A stretch of 42,997 bases of DNA from the IMG/VR virus record IMGVR_UViG_2563366800_000007; one strand, given 5' to 3'. Within the stretch, counting starts at the first letter, position 1. Each line of letters starts with the position of its first letter. Both the position numbers and the translations under genes were made by a program. Below are positions 32,672 through 42,448 of the stretch, piece after piece. This stretch comes from a virus. Taxonomy: Duplodnaviria > Heunggongvirae > Uroviricota > Caudoviricetes. Below the pieces are notes generated by a model. It had not been told where the DNA came from. It worked only from the letters and a program-made list of their open reading frames with translations, and made no database searches.

Positions 32672-34592
32672 TTCTTTTGATTTTGAGCTGGTGGCCAGCG
32701 ACCAGGTTAGCGAGGCTATAGACCGCATTAATGAGGCTGTCCGTGACCTGGAGCCGAAGCTAGATAAAACTAAAGAAGGGCTCAAGTTAGGCGGTCAGGA
32801 AACAGCCGACGGACTGAGCGGTTTTATTTCTCGCCTCGAGAATATGTCGAAGAGCGCGCGGGATAACGTGCAGTTTATTGGCGACATGGTTCCCCCTCTG
32901 AAAATGGTGGGGGAGCTCACGGGGAAGATGGGGGCGCTGGGGTTAGCCGGTGCTGCCGGCTACGGACTGAAACAGGTCGCTTATGGATTTCGGGAGGCAT
33001 CCCGTCAGGCCTATAATCTTGATGTCTCGGCAAAAAATGCGGGAATGCGCGTTGACGATTTTACCCGACTTTCCGGGGCAATGCGTATTCTTGGGGCAGA
33101 CAGCGAGAGCGCTAATGCATCAATAGAAGGTATTTTCAAAGCATTCAATGAGGCTGCCAGTGGTAAAAACGAGGGGGTTATGGCAGCGATGGCGCAAATT
33201 GGTGCTCAAATCCAAAAAAACAGCGATGGTTCAGTAAATACCCTTAAAACACTGGAGTCTATCGCAAAAATTTTTCCAACCTTGCGACCTGAACAGCAGA
33301 AGTCCGCCGCTGATGCACTTGGGCTGACGCCCGAATTGCTGGCGCTAATGCGTGACGGTGAGCGCATGAAAAAGCTGCTGGCGAAATCGGATGAATTTGG
33401 TCTGACTGTGGATCCGGCACTAAATCAGCAATTGAGTGAAGTGAACGGCACTATGAATGAGCTCAGCGCATCCTGGGATGGTCTGTGGCAACGTTCAAAA
33501 AACAAGGCACTTAAGACCATTCTTTCGGATGGTTCAGTCAAAGACGGCCTTGAAGGTGTTACCGATCTGTTCACTAATGGTGATTTTACTGGGCTGTCTC
33601 ATGCTCTCGGTTTTATCAACAGCAATGATGCTGAGAAACTACGGCGCATTCAGAACGATAAGGAACTTTATAACAGCTTACCCCGCAGTGAACGTGGGCA
33701 GGTTGACGCGGGTTTCATGACTGATGCTGTAAGAAAGCGGTACGATGCGAATTACCGCGCGACCGATTCTGCGATTCAATTGCAGAATGACTTATCCGCT
33801 ATCAGCCAGCCACAATCCAACGTTGCACGCGGCAATGTTCCTTACGGGGAAACAAGGAATAACGCAATTGGCTTCAGAAATAATAATCCCGGTAATTTGA
33901 GAGTTGCAGCAAACGCAACGGGTAAAAATGGCGGATTTTCTACCTTTGCGAATGATGCCGACGGAAGAACTGCAATGGCGAGACAGCTGATGTTGTATGG
34001 TGACAGGGGGAATAATACTCTGGATGGGATTATTCATACCTATGCTCCGCAATCAGAGAATAATACTCGTGCATATATTGACTCCGTCTCAAAAGCCACT
34101 GGATATGGAGCCAAAGAGCAAGTAAATCTGCACGATCCGGAAACATTAAAAACGATAATGGCAGCCATGATTAAACATGAGAATGGCGCACAACCTTATA
34201 CTGAGGAACAACTGCTAAACGCCATCCAGACCGCCATTACTGATGATCGGTGGTCAGGGAAGAGAAATCCGGATGTGCTGGCCCAGCAGCGGTATGACAT
34301 TATCTCAGGTTCGCAAACTGGAAATCGTGACTCCAGCACTCTTAGTAACCCGAGTGATGAAACTGATATTCTCTCAGGCTCGCAGAACAGAAATCGGGAA
34401 TCCATCATTCTGAGTGATACGGGTAAGAAAAGTGATGAAAGTGTACTCGGCGACAATCTGGCTAAGTCTCTTAAAGAGGCAATGTCAGAACAACCACTTA
34501 AGCTCGAAATCACAATGGTTAATGATAAGGGTGAGCGAAAAACCTATAATGCGGAAAATAATGGCAGAATAACAACGGCCATGAATTACTGA
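32664..34592 (+). CDS. Tail tape measure protein
   Basis: 642 aa with an alpha-helical, Ala/Gly-rich N-terminal two thirds; downstream of the frameshift chaperone; the C-terminal third looks like a separate conserved domain (GFRNNNPGNLRV...). Confidence 0.75.
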   Translation: MSNSFDFELVASDQVSEAIDRINEAVRDLEPKLDKTKEGLKLGGQETADGLSGFISRLENMSKSARDNVQFIGDMVPPLKMVGELTGKMGALGLAGAAGYGLKQVAYGFREASRQAYNLDVSAKNAGMRVDDFTRLSGAMRILGADSESANASIEGIFKAFNEAASGKNEGVMAAMAQIGAQIQKNSDGSVNTLKTLESIAKIFPTLRPEQQKSAADALGLTPELLALMRDGERMKKLLAKSDEFGLTVDPALNQQLSEVNGTMNELSASWDGLWQRSKNKALKTILSDGSVKDGLEGVTDLFTNGDFTGLSHALGFINSNDAEKLRRIQNDKELYNSLPRSERGQVDAGFMTDAVRKRYDANYRATDSAIQLQNDLSAISQPQSNVARGNVPYGETRNNAIGFRNNNPGNLRVAANATGKNGGFSTFANDADGRTAMARQLMLYGDRGNNTLDGIIHTYAPQSENNTRAYIDSVSKATGYGAKEQVNLHDPETLKTIMAAMIKHENGAQPYTEEQLLNAIQTAITDDRWSGKRNPDVLAQQRYDIISGSQTGNRDSSTLSNPSDETDILSGSQNRNRESIILSDTGKKSDESVLGDNLAKSLKEAMSEQPLKLEITMVNDKGERKTYNAENNGRITTAMNY

Positions 34593-34895
34593 TCACTGTC
34601 GTCATTTCGTTAAGGAAGAAGTTATGAATGAAAAAGTTTTTGGAGCAAAAGCCATTTAGACTCCAAAGGTTTTTGCGCTTGTTTACCTGGTAATTGGCAT
34701 TTTCCTCGTTTTTTCTGTTGTCTCAATGAATTTCACGGCGATTACGATATCGGTGGTAAGTGCATTGCTTTTACGTGTGCTTTATGAGTTCCTAATGAAC
34801 TCATTCAAGGCGACTGAGCATCTTTACAGGATCGCCGAATCTCTTGACCGTAATGGATCCAGCGATAAATAGATAAGTCATTTCAGTGCATATGT

Positions 34896-34921
34896 AAACC
34901 GCCGACATGGCGGTTTTTTTA
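34896..34921 (+). terminator. Rho-independent terminator
   Basis: Stem accgcc / ggcggt with a gacat loop, followed by TTTTTTT; just upstream of the DNA-circularisation gene. Confidence 0.65.
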
Positions 34922-34935
34922 TTTCCGGAGGCGTG

Positions 34936-36339
34936 ATGCCGTCAATTATCCAGGACGCAATAACTTCTCTTTTGGGGGGAGATACCAGCGATGACTGGCA
35001 GGGGCAGTTACGGCCCAGCTCATTCAGAGGTGTGCCATTTGCAATTGTTGCTGAGGAAGGGAGCCACGGCCGACGCCAGGCGGTACATGAATATCCCTAC
35101 CGTGATACAGCCTGGATAGAGGATATCGGGCGGGCAACACGGCGATTTGTTATTCGCGGTTTCTTGATCCAGAACAGCCAGGTTTACGGCGGCGGCGATG
35201 CTATCACGCAGCGCCAGTCACTGATTGAAGCCTGTGAACAAAAAGGTAGCGGTACGCTTGTCCATCCGACACTGGGCGAATTAACGGTTTCCATCCCTGA
35301 GAATGGTTTGCGTATTTCCGGTTCGATGGAGAACGGGCGAGTATTTGAATTTACCCTGATGGCAATTGAATCAGGGCTTAAAGTGTTTGCTGTCACGGGC
35401 AGTACCGTTGCAGGCGCCACGGTGAAAACCAACTATCTGAAACTGGTCAGCACTGCTGTGCTGAGCACGATTGCCAGAGTTAAGAGTGAAATCCGCGGTG
35501 TCACGCAGGCTATAAACACCATCAGAGGCACGGTCACGTTCTGGACTAACATGGTTGACAGCACCATCAGTCAGGTCACGAATCTCAGCAATGTCCTGAA
35601 CTCCACGTTCGGGAATACCCGGTACGGACGTTACAGTAAAGGCTCTGTGGGCGGTAGTTCCTCTGCTGTTGCTGGCAAATCGTCAGTTGCTGATGTGGAT
35701 GATGAGAGAGCACTGGCTGACAAGGTAACAGCCCAGTCGGTAATGGACCGGAAAAATGTTACCGACAGGTCGAGCCAGCTTAGCAGCTCCAACACACCTG
35801 ATGAGTTTGTCCAGGGCGTCGCCGACGTGGTAAACGCAATTCTTAACAGCGCCGGCAGCGTTAATGACCGAATCACAGCGCTGGAAAAACTGGCTAATTC
35901 AATCAGCACGGAGTACCAGCAGTCCGACAGCAGCAAAGCGATTTCGGCGACCATGAACACGCTGATTGTTGTGCTATGTACTGGTGCCATGACCAGTGCC
36001 GCTGCGGACTCCAGACCAGCCAGTACAGACGAGGCAGAAGAGTTAACTCAACGAGTTTCTGTGCAACTTGATACGGCGCTGGTTCTGGCTGGAGACCGCG
36101 CAGACGATGATATGTATAACGCGCTTCTCGCCGTCAGATCGGCATTCCTTTCTACGATGAGTGAGCGTGCTTCTGGTCTGAGCGAGCTTCTGCAGGTTAC
36201 TACCGCTCAGCCGCTTCCGGCGCTGACGCTGGCAAACCGATTATACCAGGATGCCACCCGTGCAGATGAACTGGTACAGGAAGCGCGCGTACCGCATCCG
36301 GCGTTTATGCCGACAACCATGAAGGTACTGAGGCAATGA
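34936..36339 (+). CDS. DNA circularisation protein (Mu gpN-like)
   Basis: N-terminal SFRGVPFAIV...GRRQAVHEYPYRD...EDIGRATRRF parallels Mu N (SFRGVPFHVV...GRRYQLHEYPGRD...EDLGRKARRF). Track ORF begins with GTG at 34933. Confidence 0.75.
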   Translation: MPSIIQDAITSLLGGDTSDDWQGQLRPSSFRGVPFAIVAEEGSHGRRQAVHEYPYRDTAWIEDIGRATRRFVIRGFLIQNSQVYGGGDAITQRQSLIEACEQKGSGTLVHPTLGELTVSIPENGLRISGSMENGRVFEFTLMAIESGLKVFAVTGSTVAGATVKTNYLKLVSTAVLSTIARVKSEIRGVTQAINTIRGTVTFWTNMVDSTISQVTNLSNVLNSTFGNTRYGRYSKGSVGGSSSAVAGKSSVADVDDERALADKVTAQSVMDRKNVTDRSSQLSSSNTPDEFVQGVADVVNAILNSAGSVNDRITALEKLANSISTEYQQSDSSKAISATMNTLIVVLCTGAMTSAAADSRPASTDEAEELTQRVSVQLDTALVLAGDRADDDMYNALLAVRSAFLSTMSERASGLSELLQVTTAQPLPALTLANRLYQDATRADELVQEARVPHPAFMPTTMKVLRQ

Positions 36340-37421
36340 ATGCAGACAGCGATCTGGATGTTGTTTCTTTGACGGTCGACGGCAAAATCATCGAGGGGTG
36401 GGATTCTGTCCGGGTAACGCGGGGTATTGAGCGTTTTCCCTCTGATTTCGATCTTGGGCTAATGGATTACTTCCCTGGCAACGAAGATCGTCAACTCGTT
36501 GAAGAGGGAATGTCTTGTGAAGTTCGTATCGGAGATGATCTGACACTGACGGGATATGTTGATGACTGGGAACCCGCACTATCGCGCTCCCGCCATGAGG
36601 TCCGCGCCACGGGCAGGAGCAAATGTCAGGACCTGGTGGATTGCTCAGCCGAGTGGCCTAACAACGTCATCAATGCCAGTAATGCGCTTGAAATTGCTTC
36701 TCGCCTGGCATCCTACTACGGCATCACCGTAACCACGGATGTTGATGAACTTGTGAAGGTACCCCAGTTCACTCTGAACTGGGGTGAGTCTCCGCAAGAA
36801 GTCATCGATCGGGTGGCCAGATGGTCTGCTCTGCTTTACTACGATCAGCCCGATGGAAACCTGTTACTGACCTGGGTGGGAACACGTCGTGCGGCAAGTG
36901 GGATAGCCGAAGGGGTAAATGTCGAGCAGGCATACTACCGCAAATCGATGGCTGACAGGTTTTCAGATTATGTCGGTGTATCAATGAGCGTTTCTCCAAT
37001 TGCAGGGTATTCGCCTGATACGGCCTATGACGCTGTGACTCTGGCAACGGCGAGAGATCCGGAGGCCGCCCGCATGCGGTACCGAAAACATATATCGATT
37101 GTGGAAAGTACCCTGATGGCTACTCAACAGGCACAAAGTGCGATCGACTGGGAAATGAACCGGCGGTACGGACGTTCAAAACAGCTCTCGGTAACCATCG
37201 ATTCCTGGCGGGATAAAGACGGGAAACTGTGGGAACCAAACACATTGATCCCCGTTGATCTTCCCACCTTACGGTTGCCGAAGACTGAATTGCTACTGGC
37301 AGAAGTCACCTATATGCGCGATGACTACGGCACCCATGCACGCATGACGCTGATGCCGCCTGAAGCATTCTCCGTTCAGCCATATGCCTTCTACCAGAAC
37401 CTGGCGGGATTCAATACATGA
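36336..37421 (+). CDS. Baseplate hub or tail protein (Mu gpP / late control D-like)
   Basis: 361-aa ORF following the N-like gene, as in Mu; ATGA overlap with the upstream stop. Confidence 0.6.
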   Translation: MNADSDLDVVSLTVDGKIIEGWDSVRVTRGIERFPSDFDLGLMDYFPGNEDRQLVEEGMSCEVRIGDDLTLTGYVDDWEPALSRSRHEVRATGRSKCQDLVDCSAEWPNNVINASNALEIASRLASYYGITVTTDVDELVKVPQFTLNWGESPQEVIDRVARWSALLYYDQPDGNLLLTWVGTRRAASGIAEGVNVEQAYYRKSMADRFSDYVGVSMSVSPIAGYSPDTAYDAVTLATARDPEAARMRYRKHISIVESTLMATQQAQSAIDWEMNRRYGRSKQLSVTIDSWRDKDGKLWEPNTLIPVDLPTLRLPKTELLLAEVTYMRDDYGTHARMTLMPPEAFSVQPYAFYQNLAGFNT

Positions 37422-38002
37422 AGCAACTATTTAAACATGCAGCGACCAGGATCGCCGGCATGCTGGGGATTGGCCGGATCACGGCTATGAAAGATGGTGG
37501 GGTGGTGCAGTCTATCCAGTACCAGACTCCGCTGGAGGTGGCCAGCGCTCCGCGGATGGCAGAATTTGGCTTTTCATCCGGCCTGCCGTCAGGGACTGAC
37601 GTGGTTCTGGCTTTTATTGGCGGTGATCGTTCCAGCGCGGTGGTAATTGCGTCCAACCATCAGGGGTTCCGTCATACAGGCCTGAAAGCGGGCGAAACGG
37701 TCATGTATAACCAGTGGGGCCTTAATATTCTCCTGACGGAGAAGGGGATCTTCCTGGATGCAAAGGGCCAGAATGTTGAGGTCAATAACGCCACTAACGT
37801 GACCATCAATGCCAGCCAGGGGATCCTTGCAAATACCCCGATCCTGAGGTGCACGGGTGACATTGTTGATAACTGTGAAACCAATACCCGAACACTGAAA
37901 GAGCTGCGGGATGCACATAATGACCATGATCATGTGGTTAAAAATGCCCAGAGTGGCAATGACAATATCCGCAGCCAAAAAACAGAGGATCAGGTGACAT
38001 GA
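37418..38002 (+). CDS. Baseplate assembly protein V-like (spike)
   Basis: 194-aa ORF in the Mu-like order between the hub and gp46-like genes. Confidence 0.6.
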   Translation: MKQLFKHAATRIAGMLGIGRITAMKDGGVVQSIQYQTPLEVASAPRMAEFGFSSGLPSGTDVVLAFIGGDRSSAVVIASNHQGFRHTGLKAGETVMYNQWGLNILLTEKGIFLDAKGQNVEVNNATNVTINASQGILANTPILRCTGDIVDNCETNTRTLKELRDAHNDHDHVVKNAQSGNDNIRSQKTEDQVT

Positions 38003-38436
38003 GTGACATCGCTTCATTCTGGAATGTGGATGAGATGTTTGCTGACTGGCAGAAAGGGCTGGGTGAACTCACCACGGGGAACGATTTACAGACTGCAATA
38101 CTGGACAGCCTGTTTACCGACAGGCTGGCGCGCGCTGACGATGATTATGAGGATAGCGATCGCCGCGGCTGGTGGGGGGATTCCGGGGAGGAATCCCAAC
38201 TGGGATCCCGGCTGTGGCTGCTACGGCGGAAAAAACTGACCCCGGATGTAGCAAAAAAAGCGGAGGAATACTCGAGTGAAGCGCTCAACTGGTTAAAGGT
38301 TGATGGCGTTGTCAGCGAGGTTATTCCTGTTGCAAGGATCGTCCTGCCTGACCGGCTCAATCTCATTATCCGCTATCAGGCACCGGGGAAGGACTGGCAG
38401 GAATTCAGGTTTTACTGGATATGGGAGCAACGTTAA
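37999..38436 (+). CDS. Baseplate protein (Mu gp46-like)
   Basis: 145-aa ORF immediately before the baseplate J-like gene. Confidence 0.6.
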   Translation: MSDIASFWNVDEMFADWQKGLGELTTGNDLQTAILDSLFTDRLARADDDYEDSDRRGWWGDSGEESQLGSRLWLLRRKKLTPDVAKKAEEYSSEALNWLKVDGVVSEVIPVARIVLPDRLNLIIRYQAPGKDWQEFRFYWIWEQR

Positions 38437-38437
38437 T

Positions 38438-39580
38438 ATGCCGTTTAAACGACCGACGCTGAGCGAACTCCGCGACGGAAACCGGAAATTTATGCAGGCG
38501 GAGCTTGAGGATGTTGGTGCGCTCCTGCGCTTCGCGAACCTGAAGGTACTGGCTGACATGGATGCGGGGATGGGGCATCTGCATTACGCCTACCTTGACT
38601 ATATTGCCCTGCAGACAAACCCGTTTACCTCTACCGATGAGTATCTCGCCGGGTGGATGGCCCTTAAGCAGGTATTCAGAAAACCAGCTGCAGCGGCGAA
38701 GTCGCCTGCGGTACAGGCTAGTGGCAGTGTTGACTGTATTATCCCTGTTGGCTCGATCATTAACCGCGGGGACGGATACCAGTACCGGACGGATGCAGAT
38801 CTTAAAATTCAGGCAGATGGATTTGGTATCGTCGCGGTGACGGCCATACTGCCGGATATTACCAGTGATGTAACGGGTGGAGGCGCGCGCGGTAACGCTG
38901 ATGCCGGGACCATAATGACCCTGGACGCGAATATTGCTGGCGTGGATCCACAGGTAACGTTACTGTCCGCTGCGACCGGCGGAGCCGATATTGAAACGGA
39001 AGAGGATTTTCGCAGTCGTGGCTTGCTGGCATGGCAGAATCCGCCTCAGGGTGGAAGCGACGCCGATTATAAAAAATGGGCGCTTGAGGTTTCGGGCGTC
39101 ACCCGCGCGTGGGTAAAGCGGCGTCTGAACGGGGCCGGGACCGTTGGCGTGTATATCATGTGTGATCGGAATGACAATGGTGGGTTTCCGGTCGGTACCG
39201 ACGGAATATCCCAACTTGAGGACTGGGGGGCTGTTAAAGCCACCGGAGACCAGCTCGCTGTCGCCGACCACATCTATCCGCAGCAGACAGACACTGCCAT
39301 TGTTTTCGTATGTTCCCCGATCAAGAAAGTCATCAATATTGAAATCTCTGGGATCAAAAATGCCGACAGCACCACAGTTCAGGGGATAAAAGACGCGCTG
39401 ACGGCGCTGTTTTTTGATGAAGCTAACCCTGATGGTTCCGGGAAAGTTTACCTCTCTGATATTAACGGGAGTATCGGCGGTGTTAGCGGCACGACGGGCT
39501 ATATTCTTAACTCTCCGACGGCCAATATCACCTTTGCTGTTGGCGAAATTCCGGTGCTTGGCGGGGTGAATTTTGTATGA
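38438..39580 (+). CDS. Baseplate J-like protein (Mu gp47-like)
   Basis: 380-aa product from the ATG at 38438; order and size as in Mu-like baseplates. Track ORF begins at 38300. Confidence 0.7.
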   Translation: MPFKRPTLSELRDGNRKFMQAELEDVGALLRFANLKVLADMDAGMGHLHYAYLDYIALQTNPFTSTDEYLAGWMALKQVFRKPAAAAKSPAVQASGSVDCIIPVGSIINRGDGYQYRTDADLKIQADGFGIVAVTAILPDITSDVTGGGARGNADAGTIMTLDANIAGVDPQVTLLSAATGGADIETEEDFRSRGLLAWQNPPQGGSDADYKKWALEVSGVTRAWVKRRLNGAGTVGVYIMCDRNDNGGFPVGTDGISQLEDWGAVKATGDQLAVADHIYPQQTDTAIVFVCSPIKKVINIEISGIKNADSTTVQGIKDALTALFFDEANPDGSGKVYLSDINGSIGGVSGTTGYILNSPTANITFAVGEIPVLGGVNFV

Positions 39581-40170
39581 GCCTCTTTTCAAAAAATGAT
39601 TATGCCGGTGCGCTTGGTGCGCTGCTACCGACGGGCAGGGCGTGGCCCCGGTCGCAAAGAACGGTACAGGCTGCGGTATTACGGGCACTGGGCAGCGCGT
39701 TTCAGCGTTCTGACAACGATGCGCAAAGCCTGATTACTGGTGCTTTTCCCCCTACAGCGACGGTAATGTTGTCAGAATGGGAAAGCTCTCTGGGGTTACC
39801 AGATGATTGTGCGATTGGTGAATCCGGTGGCGTCAGCGATCGCCAGCGCGCCGTGGTGGCAAAGTTAATCAGCACCGGCGGCCTGAACCGCGATTATTAC
39901 ATCCGGGTGGCTGCAGCTCTTGGTTATACCATCACTATCACACAGTTCCGGCCCGCTATGAGTGGCATGTCAGTATGCGGTGATGCGCTTAACGGTGACG
40001 AGTGGCCATTTACCTGGCGGATAAATGCGCCACAAACAACGATCAAGTATTCGCTTGCTGGCGCGTCCTACTGCGGAGATCCGCTCGCATCGTGGGGCAA
40101 TAAACAACTGGAGTGTTCAATCAACAAAATTGCCCCATCCCATCTGAACATCATTTTCAATTATTCATAA
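39577..40170 (+). CDS. Tail protein (Mu gp48-like)
   Basis: 197-aa ORF between the baseplate J-like and tail-fibre genes. Confidence 0.55.
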   Translation: MSLFSKNDYAGALGALLPTGRAWPRSQRTVQAAVLRALGSAFQRSDNDAQSLITGAFPPTATVMLSEWESSLGLPDDCAIGESGGVSDRQRAVVAKLISTGGLNRDYYIRVAAALGYTITITQFRPAMSGMSVCGDALNGDEWPFTWRINAPQTTIKYSLAGASYCGDPLASWGNKQLECSINKIAPSHLNIIFNYS

Positions 40171-40221
40171 CTGATATTTCCCCCTCTGATTTTATCGCTT
40201 AACACTAAGTGAGGATTAACT

Positions 40222-40863
40222 ATGCTCCGAATCGGGCAAGTCGAAGCCACTGCAACGCAGGATGGCAAATATACTGATGGAAGTGTTGCTGGTGGTATTG
40301 CCGCAACGAGGCTGCGGGCAGCAGCGTTTAATGCCATGCAGGAAGAGTTAGCGCATATCGTAGAGTCAGCAGGATTGGCGCTCGACATTAACGATATGAC
40401 TCAGGTTTTAAAAGCCATTCAAAAACTCACACTGAGCCGTGCAAACCCATTTGCCGATATCAAATCAGATGGTGCAGCGGCGATTTCTACGGCTCTCACA
40501 AACCTTGGTTTGGGAGAAGCGGCGAAAAGGGATGTGGGCACAGGAGATAATCAGATACCGGATATGGGAGCATTCGCTTCTGGTTCGGGATGGTTCAGGC
40601 TACCAGGTGGATATATTGTTCAGTTTGGCACTTTTGCAGGAAACACGACCCGCTTTATCAGTGGACACTTCCCTATACCATTCCCTAATCAGCCGATGGT
40701 TTCAGTCAGTGTTATGTCTGATGCCGTTCAGTCAGACCCGTCGATTCCTGCCCCGCAGGTTTTGTCTGTAAATTTTGAACATATCAGTAATTCAGCGTGG
40801 CGTGTGGCAACCAGTGATATCTCACAGCAATACAGATTCAGTTATATTTCGATAGGACGGTAG
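40222..40863 (+). CDS. Tail fibre protein (constant N-terminal part plus variable C-terminal part in the current orientation)
   Basis: 213 aa; a gix-like crossover site lies inside the gene at codons 92 to 100 (LTNLGLGEA); followed by a tail-fibre assembly gene. Confidence 0.7.
   Translation: MLRIGQVEATATQDGKYTDGSVAGGIAATRLRAAAFNAMQEELAHIVESAGLALDINDMTQVLKAIQKLTLSRANPFADIKSDGAAAISTALTNLGLGEAAKRDVGTGDNQIPDMGAFASGSGWFRLPGGYIVQFGTFAGNTTRFISGHFPIPFPNQPMVSVSVMSDAVQSDPSIPAPQVLSVNFEHISNSAWRVATSDISQQYRFSYISIGR
40494..40519. other. gix/hix-like recombination site inside the tail fibre gene
   Basis: TCTCACAAACC TT GGTTTGGGAGAAG, an imperfect dyad around a central TT; 14 bp identical to the inverted partner. 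Confidence 0.6.
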
Positions 40864-40865
40864 AA

Positions 40866-41306
40866 ATGCAGAAATATATTTTCAGTGCCGATAAAAATGC
40901 GTTTTTCCCTGTGGAGCTTAAAATCGCTTATCAGGAATCCGGCGAATGGCCCGATGATGGAATCGAAATTGACGACACTGTTGCTGCCGAATTTATGAAG
41001 GAAGCACCAGAAGGAAAATACAGAGGTGTCATCGACGGAATGCCTGCATGGATTGATATTCCACCGCCAACTCATGAGGAACAAATTGCCGCAGCCGAAC
41101 TGAAAAAGCAGCAATTGATTAATCAGGTCAACGAATACATAAACAGTAAGCAATGGCCTGGTAAAGCGGCGATTGGTCGCCTGAAAGGTGAGGAACTGGT
41201 GCAATATAATTTGTGGCTGGATTATCTGGACGCACTGGAACTGGTCGATACTTCCGGTGCGCCAGATATTGAATGGCCTACGCCTCCGGCAGTTCAGGCC
41301 AGATGA
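40866..41306 (+). CDS. Tail fibre assembly protein (for the current fibre variant)
   Basis: 146-aa ORF immediately after the fibre gene; the C-terminal LVDTSGAPDIEWPTPP mirrors the C-terminus of the opposite-strand paralog (DTSTAPDVIWPELP). Confidence 0.7.
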   Translation: MQKYIFSADKNAFFPVELKIAYQESGEWPDDGIEIDDTVAAEFMKEAPEGKYRGVIDGMPAWIDIPPPTHEEQIAAAELKKQQLINQVNEYINSKQWPGKAAIGRLKGEELVQYNLWLDYLDALELVDTSGAPDIEWPTPPAVQAR

Positions 41307-41880
41307 CATCAGGCGCGGTGCTGGTATCTGTTGCCTCCACCGCGTCAATGTAATCCAGCACAGCGTTAAGTCGGGTGGTTTCTGCCTGCGTCAGCTTCCG
41401 CCCGGCCCGTAATTTCATCTGAATCAGACTGATGGAAGCCATTGCAGCATCAATCAGCGACTGGCGCTTTGCTTCTGCCGCGTCTAGTGCGGCGCTATGC
41501 TGTGCCTCGGTATCCGTCACCCATTTCTCACCATCCCATTTATCGAATGGCGTTAACGGGGCGATAGTGGTTGTATTTTCAGGGTAATCACCCAGAGCTG
41601 TGATTTCTTTCGATTCTCCTGTTTCGGTGCTATAGATGATTTCACCGCGATGGTCTGGTACATATTCCCATGAGTTAAAATCTGCAGAACGGCAGATTGT
41701 ATAACCAGCTTTATGTGTAACTGGTGCATCTAAACAAGAACATGCCGGGATACCGACGCCAACCGCAAGATATTCAGTTGATGTGGAAATATATTCCCGC
41801 GTTTCGCCATCATAGTTATGTACGATGATTTCCCCATCATTTAAAGCGTAACCGTCTTTTCCCAAAATAGCCTGTTCCAT
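41278..41880 (-). CDS. Alternative tail fibre assembly protein (inverted orientation)
   Basis: 200-aa minus-strand ORF converging on the plus-strand assembly gene; shared C-terminal motif. Confidence 0.7.
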   Translation of the reverse strand: MEQAILGKDGYALNDGEIIVHNYDGETREYISTSTEYLAVGVGIPACSCLDAPVTHKAGYTICRSADFNSWEYVPDHRGEIIYSTETGESKEITALGDYPENTTTIAPLTPFDKWDGEKWVTDTEAQHSAALDAAEAKRQSLIDAAMASISLIQMKLRAGRKLTQAETTRLNAVLDYIDAVEATDTSTAPDVIWPELPEA

Positions 41881-42396
41881 TTATGCAGCCCTCACAATGT
41901 AGTTAAATGCAATGTTTCGCGGGCTACCATCACCGGCGCCGGAACTGACATGATTTGTTCTATCCATTCGTTTACTGTCATTTGTTGTTCCACTCCCATC
42001 CTTCCACGAATACAATAACCCGCCATCGCCAATGCTCAACTGCACCGCAAATACGGATGAAACGGATGAATAAACATCACTAGCCATGAGTGGGTTCCCG
42101 GTCCATCCATGCATTTCATGGTTATGTTCAAGGATAGATGCCGCCTGACTTGAAAGTAGCAGTCTCGCGGAATCAACACCTCGCCCATCATCCCACCCGC
42201 GAATAAACTCACCGCGCAAATCCGGTAATTTTAACTTTGGGTAAGCCTTTGCCAGTTTTGGGTACTCTTCGGCAGAAAAAGGTGCACCGTTGCATTTCAG
42301 CCAGCCTGTTGGTGGTGTGGCTGAAGGCCACGGAACAGGCACACCAACGGGTAACGCTGAGCCTTCTCCCAAACCAACCTTTTTTATAACCATCAA
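41881..42396 (-). CDS. Alternative tail-fibre C-terminal variable segment (expressed after inversion)
   Basis: Minus-strand ORF whose codons 7 to 11 (VGLGE) share the 14-bp crossover sequence with the plus-strand fibre gene, in frame; collar-type C-terminal domain (PLGEGSALPVG ... LPDLRGEFIRGW ... NIAFNYIVRA). Confidence 0.65.
   Translation of the reverse strand: MMVIKKVGLGEGSALPVGVPVPWPSATPPTGWLKCNGAPFSAEEYPKLAKAYPKLKLPDLRGEFIRGWDDGRGVDSARLLLSSQAASILEHNHEMHGWTGNPLMASDVYSSVSSVFAVQLSIGDGGLLYSWKDGSGTTNDSKRMDRTNHVSSGAGDGSPRNIAFNYIVRAA
42364..42389. other. gix/hix-like recombination site next to the invertase gene
   Basis: TTCTCCCAAACCAACCTTTTTTATAA; matches the recalled hix consensus (TTCTTGAAAACCAAGGTTTTTGATAA) at about 20 of 26 positions and is inverted relative to the first site. 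Confidence 0.6.
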
Positions 42397-42448
42397 AAAT
42401 CTGGTGATGCTTCGCCGTTTCTCCTGTTTTCATAACAGGAGAAATCCC

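Larger units (their letters stand above)
40505..42377. mobile_element. Invertible tail-fibre segment (Mu G-segment-like, about 1.87 kb)
   Basis: Bounded by inverted gix-like sites; contains two convergent variable-fibre-end and assembly gene pairs; adjacent serine invertase gene. Confidence 0.6.

Noticed and set aside
34726-34872. Small hydrophobic ORF (about 48 aa) between the tape-measure gene and its downstream terminator
   Set aside because: No Shine-Dalgarno sequence and an AT-rich context; possibly real but unsupported, so not reported as a feature.
38960-39688. 242-aa minus-strand ORF antisense to the baseplate J-like gene
   Set aside because: Embedded in a co-directional structural operon; composition consistent with an antisense artefact.
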